Assembly (NCBI GenBank): GCA_963798085.1 | Contig: CAWCRS010000002.1 | Location: 160,001 to 224,000, forward strand | Length of the DNA stretch: 64,000 nucleotides | Reading direction: 5' to 3' | Source of the DNA: an uncultured Gemmatimonadales bacterium | GTDB lineage: Bacteria; Gemmatimonadota; Gemmatimonadetes; Longimicrobiales; RSA9 | In this document: positions 24,035 through 34,598 of the stretch, one piece after another | Layout: every line of letters begins with the position of its first letter | Position numbering within the stretch: position 1 is the stretch's first letter | The notes under the pieces: model-generated | The model's database searches: none | What the model was told of the DNA's origin: nothing | The model's input: only the letters and a program-made list of their open reading frames with translations | Program-made: the position numbers and the translations under genes

Positions 24035-24922
24035 TCAGATCCCGAGATCCACGGGCGAGGGCTTCTCACCGGTGTAGTCGTAGAAGCCGCGCTTCGTCTT
24101 GCGACCGAAATAGCCCATCGTGACCATGCGCCGCAGCAGCGGCGGCGGTGCGAAGCGGGCTTCGCGGAATTCTTCGAACATGATCTCGGAAATGGCGTGC
24201 AGCGTCTCGATGCCGACGAAGTCCGCCAGTGTGAACGGACCCATGGGATACCCGGTGCCCAGTGTCATGCTCTTGTCGATGTCCTCGATGCTGGCGAGTC
24301 CCTGCTCCAGGCAGCGGATGGCGTCCAGCATGTAGGGCACGAGCAGGCGGTTGACAATGAAGCCCGACGTGTCCTTGGCCTCGACCGGCTCCTTGCCCAG
24401 CGAGCGCGCGAATTCGCAGGCGCGGCGGAATGTCTCCGTGCTGGTGGCGATGGATCGCACCACTTCCACCAGCTTCATGACGGGAACCGGATTGAAGAAG
24501 TGCAGGCCGACGAAGCGATCGGGCCGGCGCGTCACGGCCGCCATGTTCGCAATCGTCAGTGAGCTGGTGTTGCTGGCGAAGATGGTGTCCGCACCGCACA
24601 CGCCATCCAGCGTGCGGAACATGTCGCTCTTCACGGCGAGGTCTTCGGTGACCGCTTCGATGACGATGTCGGCGCCCGCCAGATCCTCGAGCGCGGTCGT
24701 GGTCTGGATGCGGGCCAGGGCCGCGTCGCGTGCGCTGGCTTCGAGCTTGCCCTTCTCGACGGCGCGGTCCAGGCTCTTCTGTATGTTGTCGCGCCCTCTG
24801 CGGGCGAGCGCGTCATTCACTTCACGCACCTGCGTCTCGTAACCGGACTTCGCGGCAATTTCCGCAATGCCACTGCCCATCAGCCCGCACCCGAGCACGG
24901 CGACCCGTCGGATCTCCGGCAT
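24035..24922 (-). CDS. 3-hydroxybutyryl-CoA / 3-hydroxyacyl-CoA dehydrogenase
   Basis: GCGLMGSGIA, ASNTSSL, HFFNP, GFIVNRLL and PMGP. Confidence 0.93.
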   Translation of the reverse strand: MPEIRRVAVLGCGLMGSGIAEIAAKSGYETQVREVNDALARRGRDNIQKSLDRAVEKGKLEASARDAALARIQTTTALEDLAGADIVIEAVTEDLAVKSDMFRTLDGVCGADTIFASNTSSLTIANMAAVTRRPDRFVGLHFFNPVPVMKLVEVVRSIATSTETFRRACEFARSLGKEPVEAKDTSGFIVNRLLVPYMLDAIRCLEQGLASIEDIDKSMTLGTGYPMGPFTLADFVGIETLHAISEIMFEEFREARFAPPPLLRRMVTMGYFGRKTKRGFYDYTGEKPSPVDLGI

Positions 24923-24960
24923 GATCATCTCCCTGTTCGATTTGCGCTGTTGTGATCGGT

Positions 24961-25812
24961 TCACCCGTGACCGAGCAGTTTCTGCTGCAGTCGCTTGCGC
25001 CATGGTGCGGGAGGCGGTTCCAGCGACTGGCCGTGCTCGGCGCGGTCGAGGAGACCCTCCAGCTCGAAGCGGGCACCCGCGATGCGCGAGCGATAGGCGG
25101 CGCGCGCAGCCGTGAGCGCGCCGCTCAGCGTGCCCGCGAAGCCGGCCGCGAACGCCGTGATCTGCGCCGCGATCTCCGCCACCGATGGCAGACTCAGCAT
25201 GGTGACGGCCGCGACCGCGCCGCCACCGATCACGAGGCCACCGAGTGTGCCGAAGATCCAGCCCGTGCGCAGCGCGCCTCGCCGCTGCTCGCTCAGGTCG
25301 AGCGCGATCTGCACGTGGGCGCTCTTCTCGCCCATGCTGCGCACGCTCACGACCACGCGCCGCGCGCGCGACATGTGATAGCGCCGGCTCGGGCGCAGCA
25401 GTCCGCGCGCCAGATTCGAGATCGCGTCTTCCGCGGGCATGAGGAACGCGCGATCGCTGCGCCGCCGCACGACCTGCAGATACTCGCGTGTGGTGAGATA
25501 GTCCTCGATGCGTCGCAGCAGATCGTCGGAGCGTGCGGGCACGATGCGTGTCGCGGTGAGCACGGGCGGCCCGAAGTACGTGCTGCGATCGCCTGACTCC
25601 GTGCCCAGCTGCGGCAGCTCGAACAAGGCCTGCTGCACGTACTTCGCGGGCAGTCCCAGTTCGGTGGCAATGCGCACGACTTCGTCTTCGGAGAGCGTCT
25701 CGTCTTCCGCCGCTTCGTCAGCGGACAATTCCGCTGCGCGCCGGATCACCGCCTCGAAGTCACGCCGCGTGATCGCCGGCTTGGCAGTGTCGCCTGGGTC
25801 GTTGCTGCTCAC
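24961..25812 (-). CDS. Hypothetical membrane protein
   Basis: Helical N-terminus and two C-terminal TM segments; co-oriented in the operon. Confidence 0.7.
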   Translation of the reverse strand: MSSNDPGDTAKPAITRRDFEAVIRRAAELSADEAAEDETLSEDEVVRIATELGLPAKYVQQALFELPQLGTESGDRSTYFGPPVLTATRIVPARSDDLLRRIEDYLTTREYLQVVRRRSDRAFLMPAEDAISNLARGLLRPSRRYHMSRARRVVVSVRSMGEKSAHVQIALDLSEQRRGALRTGWIFGTLGGLVIGGGAVAAVTMLSLPSVAEIAAQITAFAAGFAGTLSGALTAARAAYRSRIAGARFELEGLLDRAEHGQSLEPPPAPWRKRLQQKLLGHG

Positions 25813-25837
25813 GGTGGCCCGTTTCGCTCAGCAGCGC

Positions 25838-26725
25838 TCAGGAGCGGCCCTTGTCTTCACTCTTCGCCTTCACCGGCACCGGCTCCGCCTTCTCCGTACC
25901 GGGCGCAAGCGTGGGCACAGTCGTGGATGCGGGCAGCACGTGCGGCAGCGGCGCCGGCACCTCCGCACTGCCACCCCCCGTCATCTTCTCGAGGAAGGGG
26001 CGGAACAGATCGATGGGAATCGGGAACAGCGTCGTCGAATTGTTCTCCGTCGCGATTTCCGCCACGGTCTGCAGGTAACGCAGCTGAATGGCTGCGGGCT
26101 CGCGCTGGATGACGCGCGCCGCCTGCGCCAGCATTTCCGACGCCTGCACCTCACCCTGCGCGTTGATCACGCGGGCGCGGCGCTCACGCTCGGCTTCCGC
26201 CTGCCGGGCGATCGCCCGCTGCATATCCTGCGGCAGATCGATGTCCTTGATCTCGACCGCCGTCACATCAATGCCCCAGGGATCCGTAGCTTCGTCGATG
26301 ATGCGCCGAATGATGTCGTTGAAGTGTTCGCGCTCCGCCAGCAGCTGGTCCAGCTCGGCCTGGCCCACCACGCTGCGCAGCGTGGTCTGCGCGAGCTGGC
26401 TGGTCGCGTAGAGGTAATCCTGGATCACCACCACTGCCTTCACCGGATCACTGACACGGAAGTAGATGACGGCGTTGACTTTCACGGAGACGTTGTCGCG
26501 TGTGATGACGTCCTGGGGCGGCACATCCATGGCGACGATGCGCAGCGGAATGCGCACCATGCGGTCCAGGCCGAAGGGCAGAATGGGCACTAGGCCGGGC
26601 CCCCGGGCCGCCTGCAGGCGGCCCAGCCGGAACACCACGCCGCGCTCGTATTCGCGCAATACGCGCAGGCTGCTGACGATCGTGGTCAGTGCGACTACGC
26701 CAATCGGTGCCAGCCATTCGATCAT
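25838..26725 (-). CDS. SPFH/stomatin-like (slipin) protein
   Basis: [27 protein letters not shown] and [10 protein letters not shown]. Confidence 0.93.
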   Translation of the reverse strand: MIEWLAPIGVVALTTIVSSLRVLREYERGVVFRLGRLQAARGPGLVPILPFGLDRMVRIPLRIVAMDVPPQDVITRDNVSVKVNAVIYFRVSDPVKAVVVIQDYLYATSQLAQTTLRSVVGQAELDQLLAEREHFNDIIRRIIDEATDPWGIDVTAVEIKDIDLPQDMQRAIARQAEAERERRARVINAQGEVQASEMLAQAARVIQREPAAIQLRYLQTVAEIATENNSTTLFPIPIDLFRPFLEKMTGGGSAEVPAPLPHVLPASTTVPTLAPGTEKAEPVPVKAKSEDKGRS

Positions 26726-27931
26726 GACATTGCCTCCACGATGACCGCCATCCCCTGCCCGCCCCCAATGCATGCACTGCCCAGGCCGTAGCGACCGCCA
26801 CGACGCCGCAGCTCGTGCAGCAGATGGATCGTGATGCGTGCGCCCGATGCGGCCAGCGGATGCGTCATCGCGATGGCGCCACCATCGACGTTCGTCTTCT
26901 CCGCATCGAGACCCAGATCGTGCGCCACCGCCGCGTACTGCGGCGCAAACGCTTCGTTGACTTCGACGAGATCCATCTGCTCCAGCGTCAGCCCCGCGCG
27001 AGCGAGCGCCTTGCGACTGGCGGGCGCCGGCCCGATGCCCATGATGTCCGGCGGCACGCCGACCACGCCCCAGCTCACGAGTCTGCCCAACGGCTTCATA
27101 CCGTGCTGCACGGCCCAGGCTTCACTCGCGATCACCGCGGCGGCGGCGCCGTCACCAATGCCGCTGGCATTGCCCGCCGTCACCAGGCCGTCCTTCTTGA
27201 AATAGGGCCGGAGCGCGGCCAGCCCTTCCATGGTGGTGTCCGGCCGCATGTGCTCATCGGTGTTGAATGCGACTTCGCCCTTCCGTGTCTTCACCATGAT
27301 GGGAGCCACTTCGACGGCGAAGCGGCCTTCGTCCCAGGCCTGCCTCGCTCGCTGCTGCGAGCGGAACGCGACGCAGTCCGCCTGTTCCCGCGTTATGCCG
27401 CGCTGCTCGGCGAGCCGCTCCGCCGTCTGCGCCATGGACAGGCCGCAGAGGGGATCGGTCAGGGCGGCCCAGAGCAGGTCCTCGAACATGCCGCCGGCTT
27501 CACCGAGTCGCAGGTCGCCCCAGCGAGCGCCCCGCACCATGTGCGGCGCCTGACTCATCGATTCGGCGCCGCCGCACAACACCACATCCGCTTCACCCAG
27601 CATGATCTGCTCGGCGCCGCTCACAATCGCCTGGAAACCCGAACCGCAGAGCCGGTTCAGTGTCAGCGCAGGTGTCTCCACCGGCACGCCTGCGCGCAGT
27701 CCCACGTGCCGTGCGAGATAGATCGCGTCCGCCGATGTCTGCAGCGCGTTGCCGAAGATCACGTGCTGCACCGCGTCCGCACTCACGCCGGCAGCATTCG
27801 ATCGCGGCCTTCGCGGCGTGCACACCCAGGTCTGTGGCGCTGAAGCCGCGCAGTGTGCCACCGAACGTGCCGAATGGAGTACGGCGGCCGGAGAGAAAGA
27901 CGACGTCCCGGGAATTGCCTGGCGAGGTCAT
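26722..27931 (-). CDS. Acetyl-CoA C-acyltransferase (thiolase), frameshift near 27797
   Basis: RTPFG, NRLCGSG, TAGNAS, NEAF and CIGGGQG. Confidence 0.92.
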
Positions 27932-28039
27932 GTTGTCTTCGAGTGAGCGGGGCGCTGGCCCCGGTTGCGATCGGTACGGATTCACGCCGCTCCCCTCGCG
28001 GGAGCCTGAGCTATACCCCCTGCGCGCGCCCCCGCTCCT

Positions 28040-29100
28040 TCAGTCCCCGGCCGGCCGCGTGACTTGTTCGCATATCCAGTCGCCCAGTTGTTCGGTGCCC
28101 ATGGTCCCGCCCAGGTCCGGCGTGGTCGGCCATCACGAATGGCTGCGCGCACCGCCGCTTCCGTGCGCGCGGCTTCGCCCGGGAAACCCAGGCTCTCGAG
28201 CATCAGCGCGGTTGTCAGCATCGCGGCCAGCGGATTGGCGCAGTCCTTTCCCGCTATGTCTGGCGCGGAACCGTGCACGGGCTCGAACATGCCGGGTCTG
28301 CCCGGGTGCAGGTTGGCGGACGGCGCGAGGCCCAGACCACCCACCAGCGCAGCAGCCAGATCACTCAGCAGATCACCGAAGAGATTGGGTGCGACGATGA
28401 CGTCGTAGCGCGCCGGTCGCATCACGAGATCGAGCGCCAGTGCATCGGCGTAGACGGCGTTGTGTGCCAGTCGCGGAAACTCACGCGCCACTTCCGCGAA
28501 CACGCGGCGCCACAAACCGCCCGCGTGCGGCATTGCGTTCGCCTTGTCCGTCAGCGTGACACCACGCCGGTCGTGATCACGTGCATACGTGAACGCCGCA
28601 CGGATGATGCGCTCGACGCCGCGGCGTGTGTTGATGTCTTCTTCGATGGCGACTTCATCGGGCGTGCCCTTGCGCAGGAATCCACCCATGCCGACGTACA
28701 CGCCTTCCGTGTTCTCGCGGAAGATCACGAGATCGACATCACTCTCCGTCACATCACGCAGCGGCGAAAGGCGGCGGTCGTACAGTCGCGCGGGCCGGAA
28801 ATTGATGTAGAGATCGAGCCGGAAACGCAGACCCAGCAGGATGGCGCGCGCGTGTGCGTTGTCCGGTACGCGGGGATCGCCGATCGCGCCCAGGAAGATG
28901 GCATCGAACTCGCGCTCGAGTCGCGCCATTTCCTCTTCGGTGATGGCGGAACCCGTGCTCAGATAACGGTCTGCGCCAAAATCGAATTCCGTCGTGTCAA
29001 TGGGCAGGCCACCCTCGGCGAGCTGCGCGAGCAGCTTCATCGCCTGGCGCGTCACCTCGACGCCAATCCCATCGCCAGGAATGAGGGCAATGCGTTTCAT
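28040..29100 (-). CDS. Isocitrate/isopropylmalate/tartrate dehydrogenase family, frameshift near 28130
   Basis: IPGDGIG, RENTEG, DKAN, NLFGDLLSD and FEPVHGSAPDIAG. Confidence 0.9.
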
Positions 29101-29119
29101 GCGCCGAACATAGGCAGGC

Positions 29120-29578
29120 TCAGCGGGTCCGGCCAGCGAGCACGACCATGATCGCCGCGCGCCCACCGTGCGTGAGACAGCGCACCGCGTAGAAACCGGC
29201 GGGAGCGTCAGCGAGGCTGACAATCCATTTCGAGCTGGTGTTCAGCAGCGGCAGGCTGCGTACCTGCGCTGTTCCCTGCAGAAAGGCCCGCGCCGCGGAG
29301 TCCGTTGCCTGCTCATCGAAAACCAGTGCGTGCGGTCCGTTGTCACGTGCGGAGAAGCGCAGCACGTCGCCGGCGTGCGCGGTCAGGCTGTCAGGCGAGA
29401 ACTCGACACTGTCTGCGGCAATGCGCACGCCGATGTCGACCACGCGCGCACCCGCGGCCAGAACGATCGAGTCCTGACCGAGGCGAAGTACTGTGGGCGC
29501 GCTGCCCGCAGGCGCTCGATCCGATGCCCCGCCGCAGCCGCCGAGGATTGCCCAAACGACGAGCCGGCGCACCCGCAA
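29120..29578 (-). CDS. Cupredoxin/plastocyanin-like protein
   Basis: FSP..L....GD..F, PH and Y...CLTH motifs; N-terminal lipoprotein-like segment. Confidence 0.6.
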   Translation of the reverse strand: MRVRRLVVWAILGGCGGASDRAPAGSAPTVLRLGQDSIVLAAGARVVDIGVRIAADSVEFSPDSLTAHAGDVLRFSARDNGPHALVFDEQATDSAARAFLQGTAQVRSLPLLNTSSKWIVSLADAPAGFYAVRCLTHGGRAAIMVVLAGRTR

Positions 29579-29613
29579 CGCGAGGGCGCCGGCCGCCTTT
29601 GGTCTTGCTGTTA

Positions 29614-30078
29614 TCAGTGATGGCCGAGCGATAGAACGTATGCGGCCACAGCCTTGACCTGATCATCCGTGATGGTCGAGCCGCCCTTCGCTGGCATCGG
29701 ACTCGGATGCTGCTTCGGCTGCGGAACGCCCGTCGTCACCAGCTTCACGATCTCGTCGTAATTGCGGCCCGTTGTGTTGAGCCACGTGTCGTCCGTGAGA
29801 TCGGGAGCCAGCGGCGTGCCCTTCGCGTCGGCGCCGTGACATGTCTGACACTGGCCGGCGCCGTGGAAGATGCTGTCGCCCTGCGCGACCATTTCCATGG
29901 TCACGCCTGCCGGCAGCTGCATGTTCGCCATGTTGCCCATGGCCATGCCCGAATCGGGTTTCGCGGCCGCTGTGGCTGCGGGTGCCTGTTGTGTGGTCTG
30001 CCCCTGGTCACCGCCGCCGCACGCTGCAAACATCGTCAGCGCAATGCCACCGACGACCGTGTTCACCAAACGTCGCAT
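29614..30078 (-). CDS. Monoheme cytochrome c lipoprotein
   Basis: Lipobox FAAC, CQTCH, APDLTD..W and MP axial Met. Confidence 0.9.
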   Translation of the reverse strand: MRRLVNTVVGGIALTMFAACGGGDQGQTTQQAPAATAAAKPDSGMAMGNMANMQLPAGVTMEMVAQGDSIFHGAGQCQTCHGADAKGTPLAPDLTDDTWLNTTGRNYDEIVKLVTTGVPQPKQHPSPMPAKGGSTITDDQVKAVAAYVLSLGHH

Positions 30079-30259
30079 TCCCCTCTCCTCCTGTCGCTGA
30101 AATAACCACCGCGCTGGCGCTGCGCCTTGTCAGGCACGGTGGCATCGGGCGCGCTGCCGTCGACCGAAGCAGAACGCGCCGAGCGGCCGCCCGACCGCGC
30201 GCAGATGATACAGGCGACCGCCGAAAAGCTCAAGCGGGGTGGACGCGAATGGCAGCGGG

Positions 30260-31228
30260 TCAGGTCTGCTGCGACCCGCAGGCGATGCAGAATTTCCAGC
30301 CAGCCTCGAGCGGCTCGCCACACGAGACGCACGGGTGCATGGACTGATCCGCACCGCACTGGGGGCAGAAGCGGACCCGCCGTCCGGCGGGCAGCGTGGT
30401 GCGGCAGAAGGCGCAGTTGCCCGACGCCTCGGCGTGCGTGAGTGTGGCCTGGGTCGATTTCGACTCGAACATGAGGGCCGGCTCCGGCTGATTCGTGGGT
30501 TCGCCCGCAGGCTGCGGCGTTTGCCCGGAAGTATCGGGCGAGGTGCCTGTCTCCTCCACCGCTTCCTCGAGAAGCAGCTCCGTTTCGCCGACTTCCCACT
30601 CCACATCACCGCTCGCTGGCTCGAGGACCACCACGGTCTCGCTCTCCCACATCGCCTCCGGCAGCGACTCCGGTTCCTCCGGCAGGACACTGTCGTCCAG
30701 GACGACGATGGGCTCGGGCTCCGGTGGAAGATGGGGCGGCGGCGCCTCGACGATGGGCGGGGGCGCCATTTCCGGCTGCGTCATCGCCGGCGGCGGTGGC
30801 GGCGGCACTGCGACTACGGTCACCGGCACCGGCAGATGGGATGGCTCGATCCACACATCGCACGCGGCGAACTTGCGGAATAATCCGACATTTGGATTCG
30901 GCGTCCGCAGTTCGGCCGACAGCTCCTGCCTCGCCTCATCGGGCTCCAGCCGGGTCAGACCCGATTCACCGGCCAGCAGGCGAAGCAATGTGTGCTCGTA
31001 ATCGGCGTTCATCTGGAAGCCGAGCGCCGCGCGCACGCCCCGGTATGGCACCAGATCCTGATAGATCTCCGCCACCGTAACCGGCGACTCGAACGGATCC
31101 GGCCGGGTCCGGCGCAGCGCATCCGAAAGCAGCGCGTGCAGCCGCTCCACCAGACCGTCGTCGATCCCGTAATCGTCGTCCACGTCCGTCACCCGCAATC
31201 GAAGTTCGTCACGCGATGCAGCGCGCAT
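30260..31228 (-). CDS. Double zinc-ribbon domain protein with Pro/Glu-rich linker
   Basis: CAFC, CPQC, CVSC and CIAC at the C-terminus. Confidence 0.8.
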   Translation of the reverse strand: MRAASRDELRLRVTDVDDDYGIDDGLVERLHALLSDALRRTRPDPFESPVTVAEIYQDLVPYRGVRAALGFQMNADYEHTLLRLLAGESGLTRLEPDEARQELSAELRTPNPNVGLFRKFAACDVWIEPSHLPVPVTVVAVPPPPPPAMTQPEMAPPPIVEAPPPHLPPEPEPIVVLDDSVLPEEPESLPEAMWESETVVVLEPASGDVEWEVGETELLLEEAVEETGTSPDTSGQTPQPAGEPTNQPEPALMFESKSTQATLTHAEASGNCAFCRTTLPAGRRVRFCPQCGADQSMHPCVSCGEPLEAGWKFCIACGSQQT

Positions 31229-31271
31229 GGCGTTACCGCGTGGACCGGTTTGGTGCTTTCAGCATCGGCAG

Positions 31272-32312
31272 TCAGTCGGTAATACGCCAGAGGCCGGCGC
31301 GTTCGCCCGCCCGGATGAATGCCGCCGCATCGTGCGCCGGCAACTCGATGGCCCGGCGCGCGCGTTCTTCGGCCGCGCGGCGGCGCATGAACTGCGTGAT
31401 GTTCTCGTCAGGCGCGCCCACCAGGTCGCGCAGCTGTCGCACGATCTCCGACCAGCTGCCGCGCAGCACCTGACCGCCCGGCATCTGCACGCGATGGTGC
31501 TCGCCCATCGCCGGCTCGAGCAGCGGCTGCTCTTCCAGTTCCGCCAGCATGGCCTCGAGTTCATCAGTATCGCCGTCCAGCTCGGCCAGACGCTGCTCCC
31601 AGAGCGCCAGTGCGGGCGCACCGTGCTCCAGCCCCTGCAACACCCGTTTCAACTCGACGGTGCGCCCGACCGCGAGAGAATCCCAGTGCTCGGCCGGCGG
31701 GATGCGCTCGAATTCGCGCAACGCGCCCGCCCAGTCCCCGCGATCGTACAGCAGGTGCCCCAGATACACCCTCGCCTCGTGGTGCTTCGTGTCCAGCAGC
31801 AAGGCCCGCCGCAGCTGGCGGCGTGCGCCGCTCTCATCGCCCAGGCGATGCAGCGCGTAGCCGAGCGCCGCCGCGGCTTCAGCGCTATCGCCGTGAATCG
31901 TGGCCGCCTCATCGAACACGCGATGCGCTTCTTCGAACAGTTTCTCCCGGTACAGCGCGCGTCCCATGGACAGCAGCAGGTCGAGATCGTCACCGCCCAG
32001 GCTGCGTGCCCGATGGAACAACCGGACCGCATCATCCCGGCGGCCGAAGCGCAGCAGCGTCTCGCCCAGGCCTACCAGCGCGTCCTCGTGATCGGGATCC
32101 AGCACGAGACCCCGCTCGAACGCCTGCTTCGCCCAGACAAAATCCTCTCGCGCCAGCTGCGTGTAGCCCAGACCGACGTACAACTCAACCGAGTGCGGAT
32201 AGAGTCGCAGTCCCTCCTTCAGCGTCGTCAGCGCCGAGTCGTACTGACCATCGTCGTACATGCGGTGCGCGCGCTCATCATAATCCTCTGAGCTGAGGAG
32301 AGAATCGGCCAT
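31272..32312 (-). CDS. Tetratricopeptide repeat protein
   Basis: Repeated LG...A..F..AL.LDP-type helices. Confidence 0.85.
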   Translation of the reverse strand: MADSLLSSEDYDERAHRMYDDGQYDSALTTLKEGLRLYPHSVELYVGLGYTQLAREDFVWAKQAFERGLVLDPDHEDALVGLGETLLRFGRRDDAVRLFHRARSLGGDDLDLLLSMGRALYREKLFEEAHRVFDEAATIHGDSAEAAAALGYALHRLGDESGARRQLRRALLLDTKHHEARVYLGHLLYDRGDWAGALREFERIPPAEHWDSLAVGRTVELKRVLQGLEHGAPALALWEQRLAELDGDTDELEAMLAELEEQPLLEPAMGEHHRVQMPGGQVLRGSWSEIVRQLRDLVGAPDENITQFMRRRAAEERARRAIELPAHDAAAFIRAGERAGLWRITD

Positions 32313-32622
32313 TCGACGCCTCCTCCTGGCGCGATTGCAGGTGCCACTTGGCTCGAAGGTGCGGTGGGGTCGCTCCAGATTGGACCACAATGTAATGAGG
32401 TTGCTACTGCGTTGCTACCCCTACGGATTGTGGGACCCGGCTTCCCAACACGAAGTTGCCGCCAGCGCAACGGTACACGATACCGCTTGCCCGCAAGCCT
32501 GCGTCTCTGCGACTTTGTTGAGCCCGAAAAGTCAGAGGCTCGTGCATTCCGTCAGCGGATCGCGCGGACGCACCTTCTGATAGGCGACGGAGTGCAAGGG
32601 TGGTTCCAGTCGAGGAGGCAAT

Positions 32623-32916
32623 GTGCTGGGCTGGTGGCGTCGGCGGCGATTGAGCGAGGCGGGACGGCGGCGGCTGATGATCGGCCTGGCGCGCGCCGAG
32701 GAAGAGCTGGTGGAGACGCACGTGCAGAATGCGCTCGACCTGTTCGATGCGATCGGTGACGAGATACCGCTCGATCGGGCGCTGGAGATCTACCTCGACT
32801 CGATGGAGGTGACCGATCCTCGCGCTGCGATCGTGGCGAGGCGGGTGATGGCGCGACTGGAGGCTGGCGCCGCGCGCGCGCGCAGGAAGCCGCGCGCGCG
32901 CGCCGACAGCGATTAG
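32623..32916 (+). CDS. Hypothetical protein
   Basis: AGGAGG RBS; 97 aa helical ORF. Confidence 0.65.
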   Translation: MLGWWRRRRLSEAGRRRLMIGLARAEEELVETHVQNALDLFDAIGDEIPLDRALEIYLDSMEVTDPRAAIVARRVMARLEAGAARARRKPRARADSD

Positions 32917-32918
32917 CG

Positions 32919-34214
32919 TCAGGGCGAGAAGACGACGCCGCAGGACGGACAGACGAATTGCCGACCGCGGCGTCGCAAGCCAACCGGTACCGAGTGCCGC
33001 GGGCACAGCGCTTCGCGCCCCTGCTCCTCCGCCTGGGCAATGGCGGCGTTCTCGTTGCGTGTCGCCTTGGGCAGCACGAACTGCTTGCGCTGCGCGCAGC
33101 TGAGACATTCGAACCAGACTTCGCCGCCGCCATTGGCGAGGGTGGCGACGCGCACGACTTCCGAGAAGCCACCGCAACCGACAACGCACGGAACCATCTG
33201 GCCGGCGAGGTAGGCGCCGAGCGGATCGGTCTTCTGCAGTGGCGGTGAGGGCCGGACGCGCTGGTCGCGCGGCCGCTTGCGCTTCTTGCGGCGGCGCGGA
33301 CCAGGGGCGGCGTCCTCCTCGACGAGCACGGGCGTTTTGCGCTTGCGCCGTCGAGGCCGAACCGCGACGGGGGCTTCGGCCTCGACCAGCATCGGGTCTG
33401 CGTCTTCGCCCTGGAAAGCCGGTTCCTCGTCGTCGTCGCTGGCTTCCTCGTATTCAGGCTCCCCGACTTCTGTTTCCTCCGGTTCATCGTCTTCGAAGAT
33501 GGACTTGCGCCGCGACCGGCCACCCGAAGGCGCGCGCTTGGCGCGGGTGGGAGGCCCGCCCGGACGGCCACTCGCGGGGCGAGGCGGCTTCTGCGGCGCC
33601 GCCGCATCTGACGGGGCAGCCGCCTTCTTCGCGCGAGGCGGTTTCTGCGGCGCCGCTGCATCTGCCGCAGGCGCCTTCCTGGGACGAGGTGGCTTCTCTG
33701 CTGCCGCCGGCGGAGCCGTTTCGGCGACCGCGACCACGGGAGCCGGTGCCGCGGCAGGCGCCGGCTTGGGCTTGCGGGTTTTTTCGACCGGTGGTCTGGT
33801 CTCCGCACGCGGCTTCCGGGCCGGTGTCTCCACCGCCCGCTTCGCGCGTGTCGTCACCCGCTCGGCCTTGCGGGCTGGCGCTGTCCTGGCAGCGGCGCGG
33901 GCCGGCTTGCTCGCTGGCTTGGCCGCTGGCTTGGCCGCCTTCCGGGCCGGCTTCTCCGCTGCTCGGGTCGCGGTGCGCTTCTCCTTGCGGGCGGGGGCCT
34001 TGCGGGACGCAGTCGCCCGATCCGCCGCCTTGCGTGCAGGCTTGCGTGCCTCCGACTTCCGCTTCGCCGTCTTGCGTGTGGCCGAGCCGGTAGCCGCCTT
34101 GCGCGCTGGCTTCGCCGCCTTGCGGTCGGTTGTCTTGCGAGGGGCGGCCTTCTTCTTCTTTGCGGTTTCGCGCGATTTGGGCGCCGCCGGTCTGACCTTC
34201 TTGCGAGCCGCCAT
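32919..34214 (-). CDS. Histone H1-like basic protein with C-terminal Cys/His zinc-binding domain
   Basis: K/A/R/P-rich N-terminus, acidic patch, and C-terminal CxxxC, CxxC, CxxH and CxxC; GGAGGTGA RBS. Confidence 0.75.
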   Translation of the reverse strand: MAARKKVRPAAPKSRETAKKKKAAPRKTTDRKAAKPARKAATGSATRKTAKRKSEARKPARKAADRATASRKAPARKEKRTATRAAEKPARKAAKPAAKPASKPARAAARTAPARKAERVTTRAKRAVETPARKPRAETRPPVEKTRKPKPAPAAAPAPVVAVAETAPPAAAEKPPRPRKAPAADAAAPQKPPRAKKAAAPSDAAAPQKPPRPASGRPGGPPTRAKRAPSGGRSRRKSIFEDDEPEETEVGEPEYEEASDDDEEPAFQGEDADPMLVEAEAPVAVRPRRRKRKTPVLVEEDAAPGPRRRKKRKRPRDQRVRPSPPLQKTDPLGAYLAGQMVPCVVGCGGFSEVVRVATLANGGGEVWFECLSCAQRKQFVLPKATRNENAAIAQAEEQGREALCPRHSVPVGLRRRGRQFVCPSCGVVFSP

Positions 34215-34598
34215 GCTCACCTCCCACGCTCCGATTGCAGTCGACGGTGGCGGCCGGCCGCGGTGAATTCCCAGGCCTGCGTCCCGGAGCCCCCGGTTTC
34301 AGCGACCCGCCCAGTCTGCCCGCCGCCGCGCGGGTCGCTGTTCATGCCTGTCACGAGTGACGCTTGCTGATGGCGCGGCGAGAAGCCGCCGGCCGGAAAA
34401 AAAACCGACCGATTATAGCGTGACGCGCAAGTGCCTCGCCAAACTGGCGCGGTCCGCCTGCGCCCGAAACGCAACGAGCACCCGGCGATCGTCACCTGGT
34501 GCCGGGGGCAACGGTCGCAACTGCGCCTTCAGAAAACGGGGCTTTACACCTGCAACGGGCATGGCGCGCTGCGCTCTCGCACACACCCTGGGGGAACT

